DNA of 64,000 bases, from assembly GCA_040954595.2 (NCBI GenBank), contig CM082595.2:9088067-9152066 (forward strand), written 5' to 3'. The notes under the pieces were generated by a model, which worked only from the letters and a program-made list of their open reading frames with translations, was not told where the DNA came from and made no database searches. Made by a program: the position numbers and the translations under genes. This document shows positions 34,785-45,547 of the stretch, one piece after another (positions within the stretch are counted from its first letter, which is position 1; each line of letters begins with the position of its first letter). Source of the stretch: Balanoglossus misakiensis (lineage: Eukaryota > Animalia > Hemichordata).

Positions 34785-35428
34785 TGTCACGGTTGTCGCC
34801 GTTCATTCCAACATATTCACACCAAACAGGTTACGGGTAACAAAGACATAGGCCTTACATTTAATAACTGAAATGGAACAAATACATGTCAGTTCCAACG
34901 TGTGTGGCCGGTCTGGCTACAGAGGTGAACTGCTAAATTACACACATGTATGGGAGTTCACCTCCAACAGAATACACCAAAATTCATGCAAGTGAAAAAT
35001 ATAGACATACAATTGGAAAATTGACGCAAGTTAAAGACACCAATTACTTGTGCTGAAATGAGTCGGTAGAATGCACCAAAATACAAAGCTTCAAGCAACA
35101 GGTAAGGTACAAGGAAACTAACCTGAAATGGAACAAATACATGTCAGTTCCACAACGTGTGTGGCCGGTCTGGCTACAGAGGTGAACTGACCAATTTTAT
35201 GCACCATGTCCTTTTATATCAGCAATTACATCATAGTGCCAGATTAGCTTGTGTTCATTGGTCAAATGAAACTTCCAGGTGGTTTGCATATAATTAAGAT
35301 CAACCAATTGAAGGTAAGTACTATTACGTCATATGAATAATTGAATAACTAATTACTATAAGATACAGGTATAACATACATACAGATATACATGTATACA
35401 AATTCAATGGATCAACAAGGCCGTTACA
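34785..35428 (-). repeat. 5' LTR
   Basis: Identical by eye to 27363-28006; followed on the minus strand by the PBS. Confidence 0.97.
35185..35218 (-). promoter_or_regulatory. LTR core promoter: TATA box plus Initiator
   Basis: TATAAAA (35218-35212) and TCAGTT (35190-35185), with the Inr A at 35188 exactly 30 nt from the first T of the TATA box; ATTAAA poly(A) signal at 34865-34860. Confidence 0.65.
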
Positions 35429-35492
35429 TGTCCAAGCCTTGTTAGGATCTCCCGTAAAATTCTACTCAAATGATGTATACTTTCATACCTAC

Positions 35493-35574
35493 GACTGACA
35501 GGTATTTTCAGCGTTGCCAGCTGATTGTCTGTCAGGTACCGCTTTATAACAAGACGCCCCTCTGAGTTGATAAC
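35493..35574 (-). CDS. uif-like exon, C-type lectin (GYQLRGASCYKAVPDRQSAGNAENTCQS)
   Basis: ttgcag| and |gtaggt, 82 nt, phase 1-2; CTLD CY motif; phase matches the exon at 21735-21853. Confidence 0.8.
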
Positions 35575-36273
35575 CTGCAATGTAACATCATTCAATTGGT
35601 CTAGTCATGTTAGCATTAGTAAAATGCTTCAAAAGTGTTAAAGGGACATGATACAAGACACCGTTTATGTTAGTGAATGAACGTTCAACCACACACAACT
35701 TCCATCCGGCTTGTATGATACGAGAGTAAAAACTCGCCCGAAATGAATAAATGGTAGAGACCGTTTATTCATTTTGGCGACTTTTTAAAACTCTCGTGTC
35801 TATACAAGCGGAGTGGAAGGTGTGTATGGTTGAACGTTGATTCACTATATCCACATGTAGAATAATATAAACGCAGTCTTGTATCAAACATAATTAATGG
35901 AAAAAGGGCAGCGAGAGAGAGACTTTGTCCCTTTAATGAATACAGCCACAATGTTCTGTTTATATCTACTGACGGACCAGACATGGATTGTCACGTATAA
36001 TTCTTTGAAACGTTTGGTCCTCTGAAGAAATCTGAGCACTCATCTACTCAGTTTGCTTATTTTGTCTTCCTCCACCAGTCAGTGGTATCGTCCGATTTGA
36101 TACTCCACTCTAAGCCTCTTTCTGAATGGCTATTTAAGTTGTGATCTGTAAGTCTTAAACCTTTCATCACCCCCCCCCCCCCGTTTCCTCTTTAGAGGTC
36201 CAACATTACCATATAAAACAATTGGTTTTGACTGAACCATGTTGGTGAAAGGGCTAGGGTCAATTCAACTTAC

Positions 36274-36331
36274 CTTCTGGACATTCATATTTCACAAAGG
36301 GTGTTCCAAACAGTGCTCCAAGATCCAATTG
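36274..36331 (-). CDS. uif-like exon, start of C-type lectin (QLDLGALFGTPFVKYECPE-G)
   Basis: aacag| acceptor, |gtaagt donor, 58 nt, phase 0-1; joins the next exon to give ECPEGYQL. Confidence 0.75.
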
Positions 36332-39300
36332 CTGTTACAAATAAACAATAAGTTAGCTGCCAGTACACTCAATGATGTACGCGCAGAACGTCAACTGGTA
36401 AACAGTGCGCCTGTGTCTCTTCCCATAGGAGTACATGGAGAATAGTTAGAAAACTCCCTTCTATTATTGTCATTTTCAGGAAATTTTACACATAGCTCCG
36501 ACAAATCAAAATAAATTCACCACGGTCTATTTTGAGATAAACTTTGTTCAATATTGTATCCATAGGCAAACCATTGGTAGAAAATGCTGACCGTCAGCAG
36601 TTTTCTTCAATTATCGACTAAATTCACGGCCTTGTTTAAAGTCGAAAACAAGTGCAGTGACCCAAAATGGATTTTCATTATACATACAAATCAGAAACGA
36701 AAATCCACGATTAAAAGAAATGACAATACAAAACACCGTTTATGTTAATGTAAATGTGGATATATAGTGATGCAACGTTCAACCGCACACACCTTCCATC
36801 CCGCATGTAGACACGAGAGCGAAAACTCGCCAAACTGAAAAATCGGTCTCTACCATTTATTCATTTTGGGCGAGTTTTTACTCTCATATCATACAAGCAG
36901 GATGGAAGTTGTGTGTGGTTGAACGTTCATTCACTACATATACACATGCCCATTAATATAAACGGTGTCTTGTATCAAACATTATTAATAGAAAAGGGCG
37001 ACGGGAGAGAGAGTTTGCCCCTTTAAGGCGACATGATGCATGAAGTGGCGAGAGATAAACGCGACTGACCACCGCATTAAACACTGTCAAGCAAGGCACT
37101 TCAAATGCCAATTGTTTAAGTGTGTACTAAGTAATAGCTTCATGTACCATGTCCTGGGGGGGGGGGGAGGGGTCAAATCACAACAGTTGGACATGTACGA
37201 ATATGAAGAGACGATATCAGTTTTTTCATGTCTTCCTTTAGTAAACAATCTTTTTTGAACTTTGTATAGAATTCATTGAACTTTACTTTAGCTTATGAAC
37301 TCTCATTTGCACATCGTCATCTTGAAATTGTGTCGACTTTATCATAAGGTTTTTATAACTCAACTAGGTCGCAAAACCTATTTAAGTTAGTGAGAATAGG
37401 ACGTTCACCTTTTGGGTTGATGGCTACAGACATTAATCCTGACTCATACACATGTTGCAGCCAGTATACTCTGCAGACATTGGACACAATAGTTTTACTA
37501 ACCATTGAATTTTATTGGACCATCAAGTTTATTGACCCATGACGTTCATATAGATTGTATGACACGACTGACGCTATAATCGGTCCATACCCTCGGCGAG
37601 CCAAGTGTTTTATAACATCATAAGATATTAATACCTATCACCCAGTCAAACGATTTCAAGTTATACAATTTCCACGCCAATAGGACGCCTTTAGGTGGAA
37701 ATGCAACCAGATATCCTGAATAGGAAAATATTCCGGGTATCTGTCAAGTTTAGTCCCATATTTAGGGGACCAAGAGCCCTCAGGCGCTTGGTCCCCTTCT
37801 GTTATTGCTGGAGTTTGTCTTCTTTCTTCTTGAGTCGTTTTTTTGCGCCCGTTTTTCTCTGAAATTCCGGCAGGTGCGCCTTCCAAATTTGGCACGGTGG
37901 TTGGGGCCCATAGTACTGGTGCACCAGCCCTTTGAATTTGTAATTAGTCACGTGACTTTGTTGCTATAATCGAGCGAAATTTTCAAATTGACCTAATTTG
38001 CACGTTAATGGGGGCATGTACATTCTTTTCGCGATATTTGTAGACCATGTGGCAAAAATCCCCTGTGCCAAATTTCAAGGTCCTAGGCCACGTCGATTTT
38101 GAGAAGAAGATTTTTGTAATATTTTTTCGCTTTTTTTGGTGGGCTGAGGACGGACACTGGGGCATCGGACTTTGACCGTCATTACGTTATGTTGTGGAGA
38201 TCTCATTAGCAGGCTACTCACTTCTGGCGGGTTGCAGTAGTCCTTGGAAAATCGGCTGAAATACGTAAACAGACCAGTGATTATTTTCCACGGAATGAAT
38301 TTTGGGACAACACATTATCGGAGTTCAGGCTGTGTTAGGGCGTTTTATTGAATTACGCTGAGTTTGGATTGACTACTGTGTTACCACTGAAATTTCTCAT
38401 AGCAATGTTCTTTCAATTTCGAGTCTTTGCAATGTTGTTGACTCCGACCATATTCCTGTTTCAATAGAGGTTCATTTCAACACTTCTGCTGATGAAAGCT
38501 TCAGCAGTAGTTCCTTCAAGCAATGTAATTTTCGAGTTGATTGGAAAAAATTGTCACAGCAGAATATATCCGCCTACACCGGTTGTACCAAAGCCAAGAT
38601 TGATAAGATTAATTTATCCGAAGAGTTATTCTGCACTAATGTGAACTGTACAGACCCTTCGCATTTACAGGCAATTGATACTTGTTATAGTAGTATTGTG
38701 GACGCATTGAATTGTGCTGCAAAAGATACCATTAGACGTAAGTTTCACCAGAAAGTTCATGTTGTGCCTGGCTGGAACGATTTTGTAAAAGAAAGTCACG
38801 ACTATGCCCGTTCCATGTTTTTATTATGGGTTAATGTGGGTTAACCTAAACAAGGCCCGCTTTTTGAAACCATGAAATCTTCCAGAGCTCGTTTTTAGTA
38901 TGCTTTACGTGCTTGTAAAAAGATTGAGAATCAAAATAGGGCTGACAAGATGGCTGATAATTTACGCTGCCACAAACAGAACGACTTCTGGGAGGAAGTC
39001 AGAAAGCAAACTAGCAGAAAAACGCCGCTTTCTGACACTGTAGGTGGAGCGACTGGTGAGAGTGAAATTGCAATTATGTGGCACAAGCATTTCAGTGATA
39101 TTTTGAATTCTGTCCAGGCTCAGACTGGTAAAAATGACATCGAAGTATGTTAAATTTTCTTCTGATATGTATGTTTCTGAAGACGAAGTAATTTCTGCTA
39201 TACATAAGTTACCTGATGGTAAGACAGCTGGCATTGACAATATTTTAGCTGAGCACCTCAAATTCTCAGACTCCTCTATTTTACCCTTTTTGACTTGTTG

Positions 39301-39959
39301 TATTAATGCAATGATTGTTCATGGTTACCTGCCAACTGAGGCTATCAATGTTAATTTAGTTCCAATTATTAAGGATAAAACTAAGCTTTGTAGTGATGCC
39401 AGTAACTACCGGCCGATAGCACTAGCAACTGTTTTCTCTAAAGTTTTTGAGCATATTTTACTTTCTCGTTGTGAGGAGTTTCTTACCTCTCATTATTTAC
39501 AATTTGGTTTCAAGCGAGAACATTCAACTGACCTGTGTTTATTTGCATTTAAAGAAATCATTAGCTACTACACCAGCAATGGAAGACCAGTGTTTACTTG
39601 TTTTCTGGATGCTTCAAAAGCTTTTGACAGAGTTAATCACTTTAAACTGGTTATAATTAACAAGCACATCGACAGGAATGTTCCCTTGTATGCTGTACGA
39701 ATTTTATATTAATGGTACAGAAATCAATTGTTTACTGTGTTGTGGGGTAATGAAACCTCAGAGTTGTTTTCTGTTTCTAACGGTGTAAGACAAGGGGGGG
39801 GGGGTACTCTCTCCCTATCTTTTTAATGTCTACATTGATGATATTATCAATGCTCTCTGCGCATGTCTTGAGTTGTACACAGCACTGTAACGTCGCTCCT
39901 GATTTTCAACTCTAAAAACTACCGTAACCCAACGAAGTATCCCCTCCTAAAGAAGCCAA

Positions 39960-40823
39960 ATGAAGTGTAATGACTGCGGAAGCACAAGGGGAGTACATCT
40001 ATGCCAGGGAGATCTCGAGCTCTGCAGAAAATGTGAAAGAGGACGTTTTGGAAACTCAAGTCCGACCGGTGCGACCACCAAAGGTGAGAACAAAGGCAAG
40101 ATGGCCGACAACTCCAATGAACCAAACCAGCTTGCAGAAATCCTCAGAAAGTTAACATCACTAGAACAGAAAATGGACAAGATACCAGCTGTTGAAAGAA
40201 AACTAAACGATCTCCAGGAATCCGTAGAATATGTGAGTAACTATTTTGAGGAATACAAACGTCAAATGCAAACAATCGAAGACGACAACAAGCATTTGAA
40301 AAACGAACTTGAAACCATGCGTAACAGATATACCGACACTCAACGACAACTCGAGGATTTGCAGCAATACACCAGAAGAAATAATCTAGAAATACACGGA
40401 GTGCCCGAAAGGCCAAATGAGGACGTTACAGAGATAATGGTGAAAGTTGCTGAGACGATAGGAGTGAACATAACTAAACATGACGTGGACATCTGCCACC
40501 GAATTCCTTCCCGATCAGCCGAAGGAAAAAAACTACCTCACCCGATAATCGTAAGATTTGTCAGAAGATCCACTAGAGATAAAAAAAACCTCAGAAACAA
40601 ATCGACGTTTGATATGAACATTGACCAAGACAGGACAAGCAGAGTCTTCATCAACGAAAACTTAAGCCCGGTAAATAGACAACTGTTCTATAAAGCCAAC
40701 ATGAAGAGGAAGGCGTTGCAGTGGAAATTCATATGGACAAACAATGGGAAGATTTTCATTAGGAAGGAACAAGGAGAAAGAGCCATCGCGATCTCGTCGA
40801 TGAGTGATATTGACCGACTGTAA
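39960..40823 (+). CDS. LINE ORF1p (Cys-rich N-terminus, coiled coil, RRM-like domain, C-terminal domain)
   Basis: LQQYTRRNNLEIHGVPE, DICHRIP, IIVRF, VFINENLS, KFIWTNNGKIFIRK motifs. Confidence 0.92.
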   Translation: MKCNDCGSTRGVHLCQGDLELCRKCERGRFGNSSPTGATTKGENKGKMADNSNEPNQLAEILRKLTSLEQKMDKIPAVERKLNDLQESVEYVSNYFEEYKRQMQTIEDDNKHLKNELETMRNRYTDTQRQLEDLQQYTRRNNLEIHGVPERPNEDVTEIMVKVAETIGVNITKHDVDICHRIPSRSAEGKKLPHPIIVRFVRRSTRDKKNLRNKSTFDMNIDQDRTSRVFINENLSPVNRQLFYKANMKRKALQWKFIWTNNGKIFIRKEQGERAIAISSMSDIDRL

Positions 40824-40858
40824 CTTCTCCTCAACAGAACTATCTACTAACAGTACTC

Positions 40859-43807
40859 ATGGAACCGGACACTGAAACTTTACAAGCGCACTATCAGTGC
40901 AACGAATATTCAGTAGACCAGTTACACCCAGGTAGTAATAATTCTCCCTTAAAAGCTAATTATTCTTCATTTTCTGTTCTCCATGTCAACGTGAGATCGA
41001 TCCAAAAACACTTTGATGACATGGTTTCCTTTTTGAGTGTTTTACAGTACAACTTTCCCATTATAGCTTTGACTGAAACCTGGTTACATAATGAATTGGA
41101 TTGTTCTCTGTACAAATTACCATATTACACACTTATCACCTCCAATCGTAATTATTCCCAAGGTGGTGGAGCTGCTATGTACGTTCATGATTCCGTCGCA
41201 TATACACCTGTCACAGCGCTCGAAATTGCTCACTGTGAATCGTTATTCATTGAGACGAGCTTGTTGAGAAGGAAACTGATAATTGGTGTTGTCTACAGGA
41301 AGCCTAATACCTCAACCCATGATTTTCTAGAGAGTTTTGAAAGGTGCCTTGACACCATTTCTTCTATGAACAGGCAGTGTATTATACTGGGCGATTTTAA
41401 CATTGATCTAGGCTGCACCAACTCTATCAATGCTAGCTATCTTTCCCTTCTCAACAGCTATAATTTTGTACAGATGATTGACACGCCAACTCGTAAGACT
41501 CAAATTTCTAGCACTGTTATTGACCATATCATAACAAACATTAATGATTTCTTTATTGACTGTGGTAGTGTTTTAACTGATATAAGTGATCATTTCCCAA
41601 TATTTGCAACAATCAAGAATTTTGAACATGTTTTTGCCAACAATTCTTCGTACAGATGTGATTTTAGTAAGTACAATTGTCACTCTTTCCTTTCTGATCT
41701 CAGGAATGTCTCCTGGCAACCGGTTTACAACTGTACCGATCCGAATGATGCATACACTACATTTTATAACATATTTTGTGATATTAGCAAACAGCATGTT
41801 CCTGTCAAAAAGTACAAATCAAACGGTAATCAACTCATTTGTAAACCATGGCTGTCCAGAGGCCTTCTGAGATCAATTAAAACAAAAAATAAGTTATTTT
41901 CTCGAATGAAAAAATCCAATCAGAATGTCTCCCTCAAGAATGTGTACAATCGGTATCGCAACATTCTGACAAGGTGTCTGAGATTAGCCAAAAAACAGTA
42001 CTATGCCATGAAGTTTAAGTCTGTTGCAGGTAATCCTCGTAAAATCTGGAAAACTGTCAACGAAATTTTTAGTAGGAACAAAAACACACATTCCTGCCCA
42101 AAACATATAAAAAAAGACAATAGCAACAGTACTTTGACAGATACTGTAGATATTGCTAACCATTTTAATGATTACTTCACTAATATTGGTCCCACCCTTG
42201 CTGAAAAAATAGCCCCCTCAAATGATTTCTGTAATTATCTCAAGGGCAATTACTCGTCGTCCTTCTTTTTTCGACCTGTTTTAGAAAGTGATATCGAGAA
42301 AGAAATAACTAGCCTTGATCCCAACAAATCTATGGGCTATGACCACGTTCACCCCAGATTAATAATCGATGCTGCTAAGTACATCTCTGGTCCTTTGACT
42401 TATATCATTAATATTTCCCTTTCGAATGGTATTTTTCCTGATTCCCTTAAATTTGCAAAAATTACCCCTGTTTATAAGAAAGGTTCTTCTTCTGAGGTCA
42501 GCAACTATAGGCCCATTTCCATTCTACCAATCATAAGTAAAATTGTAGAATCTGTTGTAAAAAAACAACTCATCTCATTTCTCGACAAATTTAGCATTCT
42601 CTCTGACACTCAGTATGGGTTTCGAAAATTGTATAGTACAAAACTTGCATTAGCAGATATTATTTCAGATATTATAGACAATATGGACATGGGTTCTACT
42701 ACACTAGGTATTTTTATTGACTTTAAGAAAGCCTTTGACACAATAGACCATAGCATTCTTCTGCAGAAACTCTCACACTATGGAATCAGAGGCCTTCCGC
42801 TTAATTGGTTTACAAGTTATCTTCATAATCGCCATCAGGTGGTTGCTATTGACAAGAGTATTTCAGATCCAAAGATTGTAAAATGTGGAATACCACAAGG
42901 TTCTATTCTTGGTCCACTTCTGTTCCTCATTTACATTAATGATATTGTTCTATCAACCAGCGCATTTGATTTTAAACTTTTCGCAGATGATACAAGTCTG
43001 TTTAAATGTACAAGCTGCAATGTCAACTTTAATCAAATCAACAGTGACTTCAAGTTGGTCAAAGATTGGTGTGATGCCAATAAATTGACCATTAACGCTA
43101 GTAAAACTAACTATATGTTAATTAATTCCATTCATAAACCAACTCATGCTCAGGGTCAACTAGAAATTGACAGCTCTCTTGTTGAGAATGTCTCTTCCAC
43201 TACTTACCTTGGTGTCATCATTGACTGCGCTCTGAGGTGGAAATCGCACATTGAGAAAGTCAGGAGCACTATCAGCCCAATTGTTGGAGTTATTTCAAAA
43301 ATACGTCACTTTGTACCCAAGTCCACCTTGCTTTTACTTTACAACTCCTTAATTTTACCACACTTAATGTATTGTATTGAAATATGGGGGCATACATACC
43401 ATTCAGCCCTACAACCACTTTTTCGTCTTCAGAAAAGATTGGTTCGTCTGATTACCTTTTCATGCTACTATGCTCATTCAGCCCCTCTGTTTTGGCAACT
43501 CAGCATATTGAATGTGTTTAATCTTTGTAAACTTCAGACTTGTATGTTCATTTATGACCTAGACCACCATCACTATGCTCACCACCTCGATCAGTATTTC
43601 CAAGGTGTCTCTCCACATACATATCCAACATCATTTAGTACGAACAGGAACTTAAAAATCCCAAAGGTCAACTTGACTACTTCTCAGCAGAATTTTAAGT
43701 ATGCATCTGTAAAATGCTGGAACTCCATTCCACTCACTTTAAAAAATACACACTGCAGAAACAGATTTAAAAAAGAGCTCAAAAAACATCTGCTACAACT
43801 TCAGTGA
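40859..43807 (+). CDS. LINE ORF2p, apurinic endonuclease plus reverse transcriptase (982 aa, intact)
   Basis: HVNVRS, LTETWL, GDFNID, SDHFP; NYRPISIL, DFKKAFDT, GIPQGSILGP, FADDT. Confidence 0.96.
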   Translation: MEPDTETLQAHYQCNEYSVDQLHPGSNNSPLKANYSSFSVLHVNVRSIQKHFDDMVSFLSVLQYNFPIIALTETWLHNELDCSLYKLPYYTLITSNRNYSQGGGAAMYVHDSVAYTPVTALEIAHCESLFIETSLLRRKLIIGVVYRKPNTSTHDFLESFERCLDTISSMNRQCIILGDFNIDLGCTNSINASYLSLLNSYNFVQMIDTPTRKTQISSTVIDHIITNINDFFIDCGSVLTDISDHFPIFATIKNFEHVFANNSSYRCDFSKYNCHSFLSDLRNVSWQPVYNCTDPNDAYTTFYNIFCDISKQHVPVKKYKSNGNQLICKPWLSRGLLRSIKTKNKLFSRMKKSNQNVSLKNVYNRYRNILTRCLRLAKKQYYAMKFKSVAGNPRKIWKTVNEIFSRNKNTHSCPKHIKKDNSNSTLTDTVDIANHFNDYFTNIGPTLAEKIAPSNDFCNYLKGNYSSSFFFRPVLESDIEKEITSLDPNKSMGYDHVHPRLIIDAAKYISGPLTYIINISLSNGIFPDSLKFAKITPVYKKGSSSEVSNYRPISILPIISKIVESVVKKQLISFLDKFSILSDTQYGFRKLYSTKLALADIISDIIDNMDMGSTTLGIFIDFKKAFDTIDHSILLQKLSHYGIRGLPLNWFTSYLHNRHQVVAIDKSISDPKIVKCGIPQGSILGPLLFLIYINDIVLSTSAFDFKLFADDTSLFKCTSCNVNFNQINSDFKLVKDWCDANKLTINASKTNYMLINSIHKPTHAQGQLEIDSSLVENVSSTTYLGVIIDCALRWKSHIEKVRSTISPIVGVISKIRHFVPKSTLLLLYNSLILPHLMYCIEIWGHTYHSALQPLFRLQKRLVRLITFSCYYAHSAPLFWQLSILNVFNLCKLQTCMFIYDLDHHHYAHHLDQYFQGVSPHTYPTSFSTNRNLKIPKVNLTTSQQNFKYASVKCWNSIPLTLKNTHCRNRFKKELKKHLLQLQ

Positions 43808-44752
43808 CAACTTTTTTTGCTTTCAATATAGTCAACCCATTATATTGTACTCCTTGGCAACAAATTAGTTGCCTTCAACTCACCTGTATTTATTTATTTA
43901 TTTATTTATTTTATTTATTTATTTATTGAACAGATCATTTATTTACATGTGCTGTACAACTGTTTGACATCTTTATAATTAATTAACTCAGAAATATGGG
44001 CCATGGACTAGACTAGTTTCCGCGAAACTATTTCCATGGTCCACACTGGAAATATGTAACATCTTCCTTTTACATTCAGTGTATTATATATATATTGACA
44101 TATCTCTGGTGAAATAAATTCATTCATTCATTCATTCACTCTGTAAAGCCAAAGTTAGCTGTACCATGTGTGGTGTCAGCGCTAACACTTTAGGTTACGC
44201 TGACGACATGACTCTACTCAGTCCAAGTATTAAGGGTCTACGCCGTCTTCTTAGAATTTGTGAAATTTATGGCAAGGATTATGATATCATTTATAATTCT
44301 AGTAAAACTGTGTGCATGCTTTTTAATGGGAAGAATATGAGCGTTCAAAGAATTCCTTCGGTTAAACTTAATGACATCACTTTAAAGTTTGTACCTGTAC
44401 ACACCTATCTGGGCCATGTTATATCTTGTGATGGTTGTGATAATGAAGATATTGAACGACAGAGAAGAGCATTTTGTGTAAGAGCAAACATGCTATTGAG
44501 ACATTTTCAACATTGTAGTCAAGATGTGAAGAAAGTTTTATTTTTGGCATATTGTAGTAATATTTACTGTTGCAGTTTGTGGGCATCCTTTAAAGTTAAA
44601 CCGATGAAAAAATTTAAAACTATGTACAATAATGTTTGCAGAAGATTTCTCGGTCTTCCGCCATTTTGCTGTGCATCGGGTATGTTTGCTACAAACCATG
44701 TACATGTATTGTCACTTGGTGAAGTTTTTAGACGCAATATGTACAGTTTTAA

Positions 44753-45547
44753 GATGGGTCCCTGGGATCGTTTTGCTCGTTGCTGTGGGCCTTTATAGGA
44801 CATTACACCCCGATTTGGACTAAGCCGTTTTCAGAGTCTAACAAGGGGCTGGTAACTAGTTGAAAATCTGCACGATTATGTGCACACCCCCTGTCCGAGT
44901 ATGTTTACGGCAGCTACCACCCGGCCATAGGCCGCCACGCTAATACGGCAAAGCAGCGGTCAGCGAAAGCGTGCGCGTCCTGTAACCACAGTAACTGGAT
45001 CGAACGCTAAAAATCCAATGTTTTGTACACAGAGATTTTGTACCGTTCACGAAAATCCCTAAGGCTTTTTTCATAGGCCACGTACGCCAGTCAAATTTGA
45101 CCTGCTTGTTGAGAACGCACTTCCGCACAGTGTGACGGATCGTTTTTTCGGTTTTCGTCGTGCTAAGAAGCGATACCGGTGGAAGAGTGCGTCCAAAAAC
45201 ACCCAAAATCGATGACTTTTTCAGGTGTGGTACGGGCATGCTGAAATCTTAGGATACAACGATAATATTCGAAAACAAAATCCGTCACGATCTTCCCTGG
45301 TTCAAGCAACTAATGAATACGTATCAAGTTCGTTTTTGAGGTCACGGAATAAAAAGCCTTAGGTTTTTGAAATTTGACCTAGCTAATTTTCATATCAATG
45401 GCGTCAGGGGGCGCGCGCTCACAATCGTGCAGATTTTCAACTAGTTACCAGCCCCTTGTTAGACTCTGAAAACGGCTTAGTCCAAATCGGGGTGTAATGT
45501 CCTATAAAGGCCCATAGCAACGAGCAAAAAGATCCCAGGGACCCATC
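44753..45547. mobile_element. 795-bp non-autonomous DNA transposon with ~125-bp TIRs and TTAA TSD (Kolobok-like GA...TC ends)
   Basis: TTAA|GATGGGTCCCTGGGATC...GATCCCAGGGACCCATC|TTAA; removing it restores the host frame MYSFKRRLENSSN. Confidence 0.92.

Larger units (their letters stand above)
27363..35428 (-). mobile_element. Full-length Ty3/Gypsy LTR retrotransposon (8066 bp), apparently intact
   Basis: Two 644-bp TG...CA LTRs; 4-bp TSD TGTC at 27359-27362 and 35429-35432; PBS; gag and pol in PR-RT-RH-IN order. Confidence 0.98.
10334..36331 (-). pseudogene. uif: Uninflatable (uif/SP1070)-like multidomain receptor gene (CLECT-CUB-CUB-CUB-CCP x4-EGF-Ca x2...), disrupted; signal-peptide exon and 3' exons not identified in the window
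   Basis: 16 exons, mostly GT-AG, with compatible phases. Domain order and motifs (ECPEGYQLRGASCY, FSPDCPE, YLLYANNGTGGFYLPPGETG...NQSCV) match Drosophila Uif as recalled. Lesions at 17879-17881, 17078, ~19799 and 13448-13548. Confidence 0.8.
39860..44138 (+). mobile_element. Full-length CR1/L2-group LINE (4279 bp) with (TTCA)n tail
   Basis: Two ORFs, AATAAA then (TTCA)5, 5-bp TSD CTCTG at 39855-39859 and 44139-44143. Confidence 0.93.

Noticed and set aside
34868-34932. Hammerhead or HDV ribozyme in the LTR repeat
   Set aside because: No CUGANGA/GAAA core or HDV topology could be identified by eye.
37440-37545. Candidate first (signal-peptide) exon of the uif-like gene
   Set aside because: An ATG and a GTATGA donor-like site exist, but the peptide is not convincingly hydrophobic and the phase does not clearly match.
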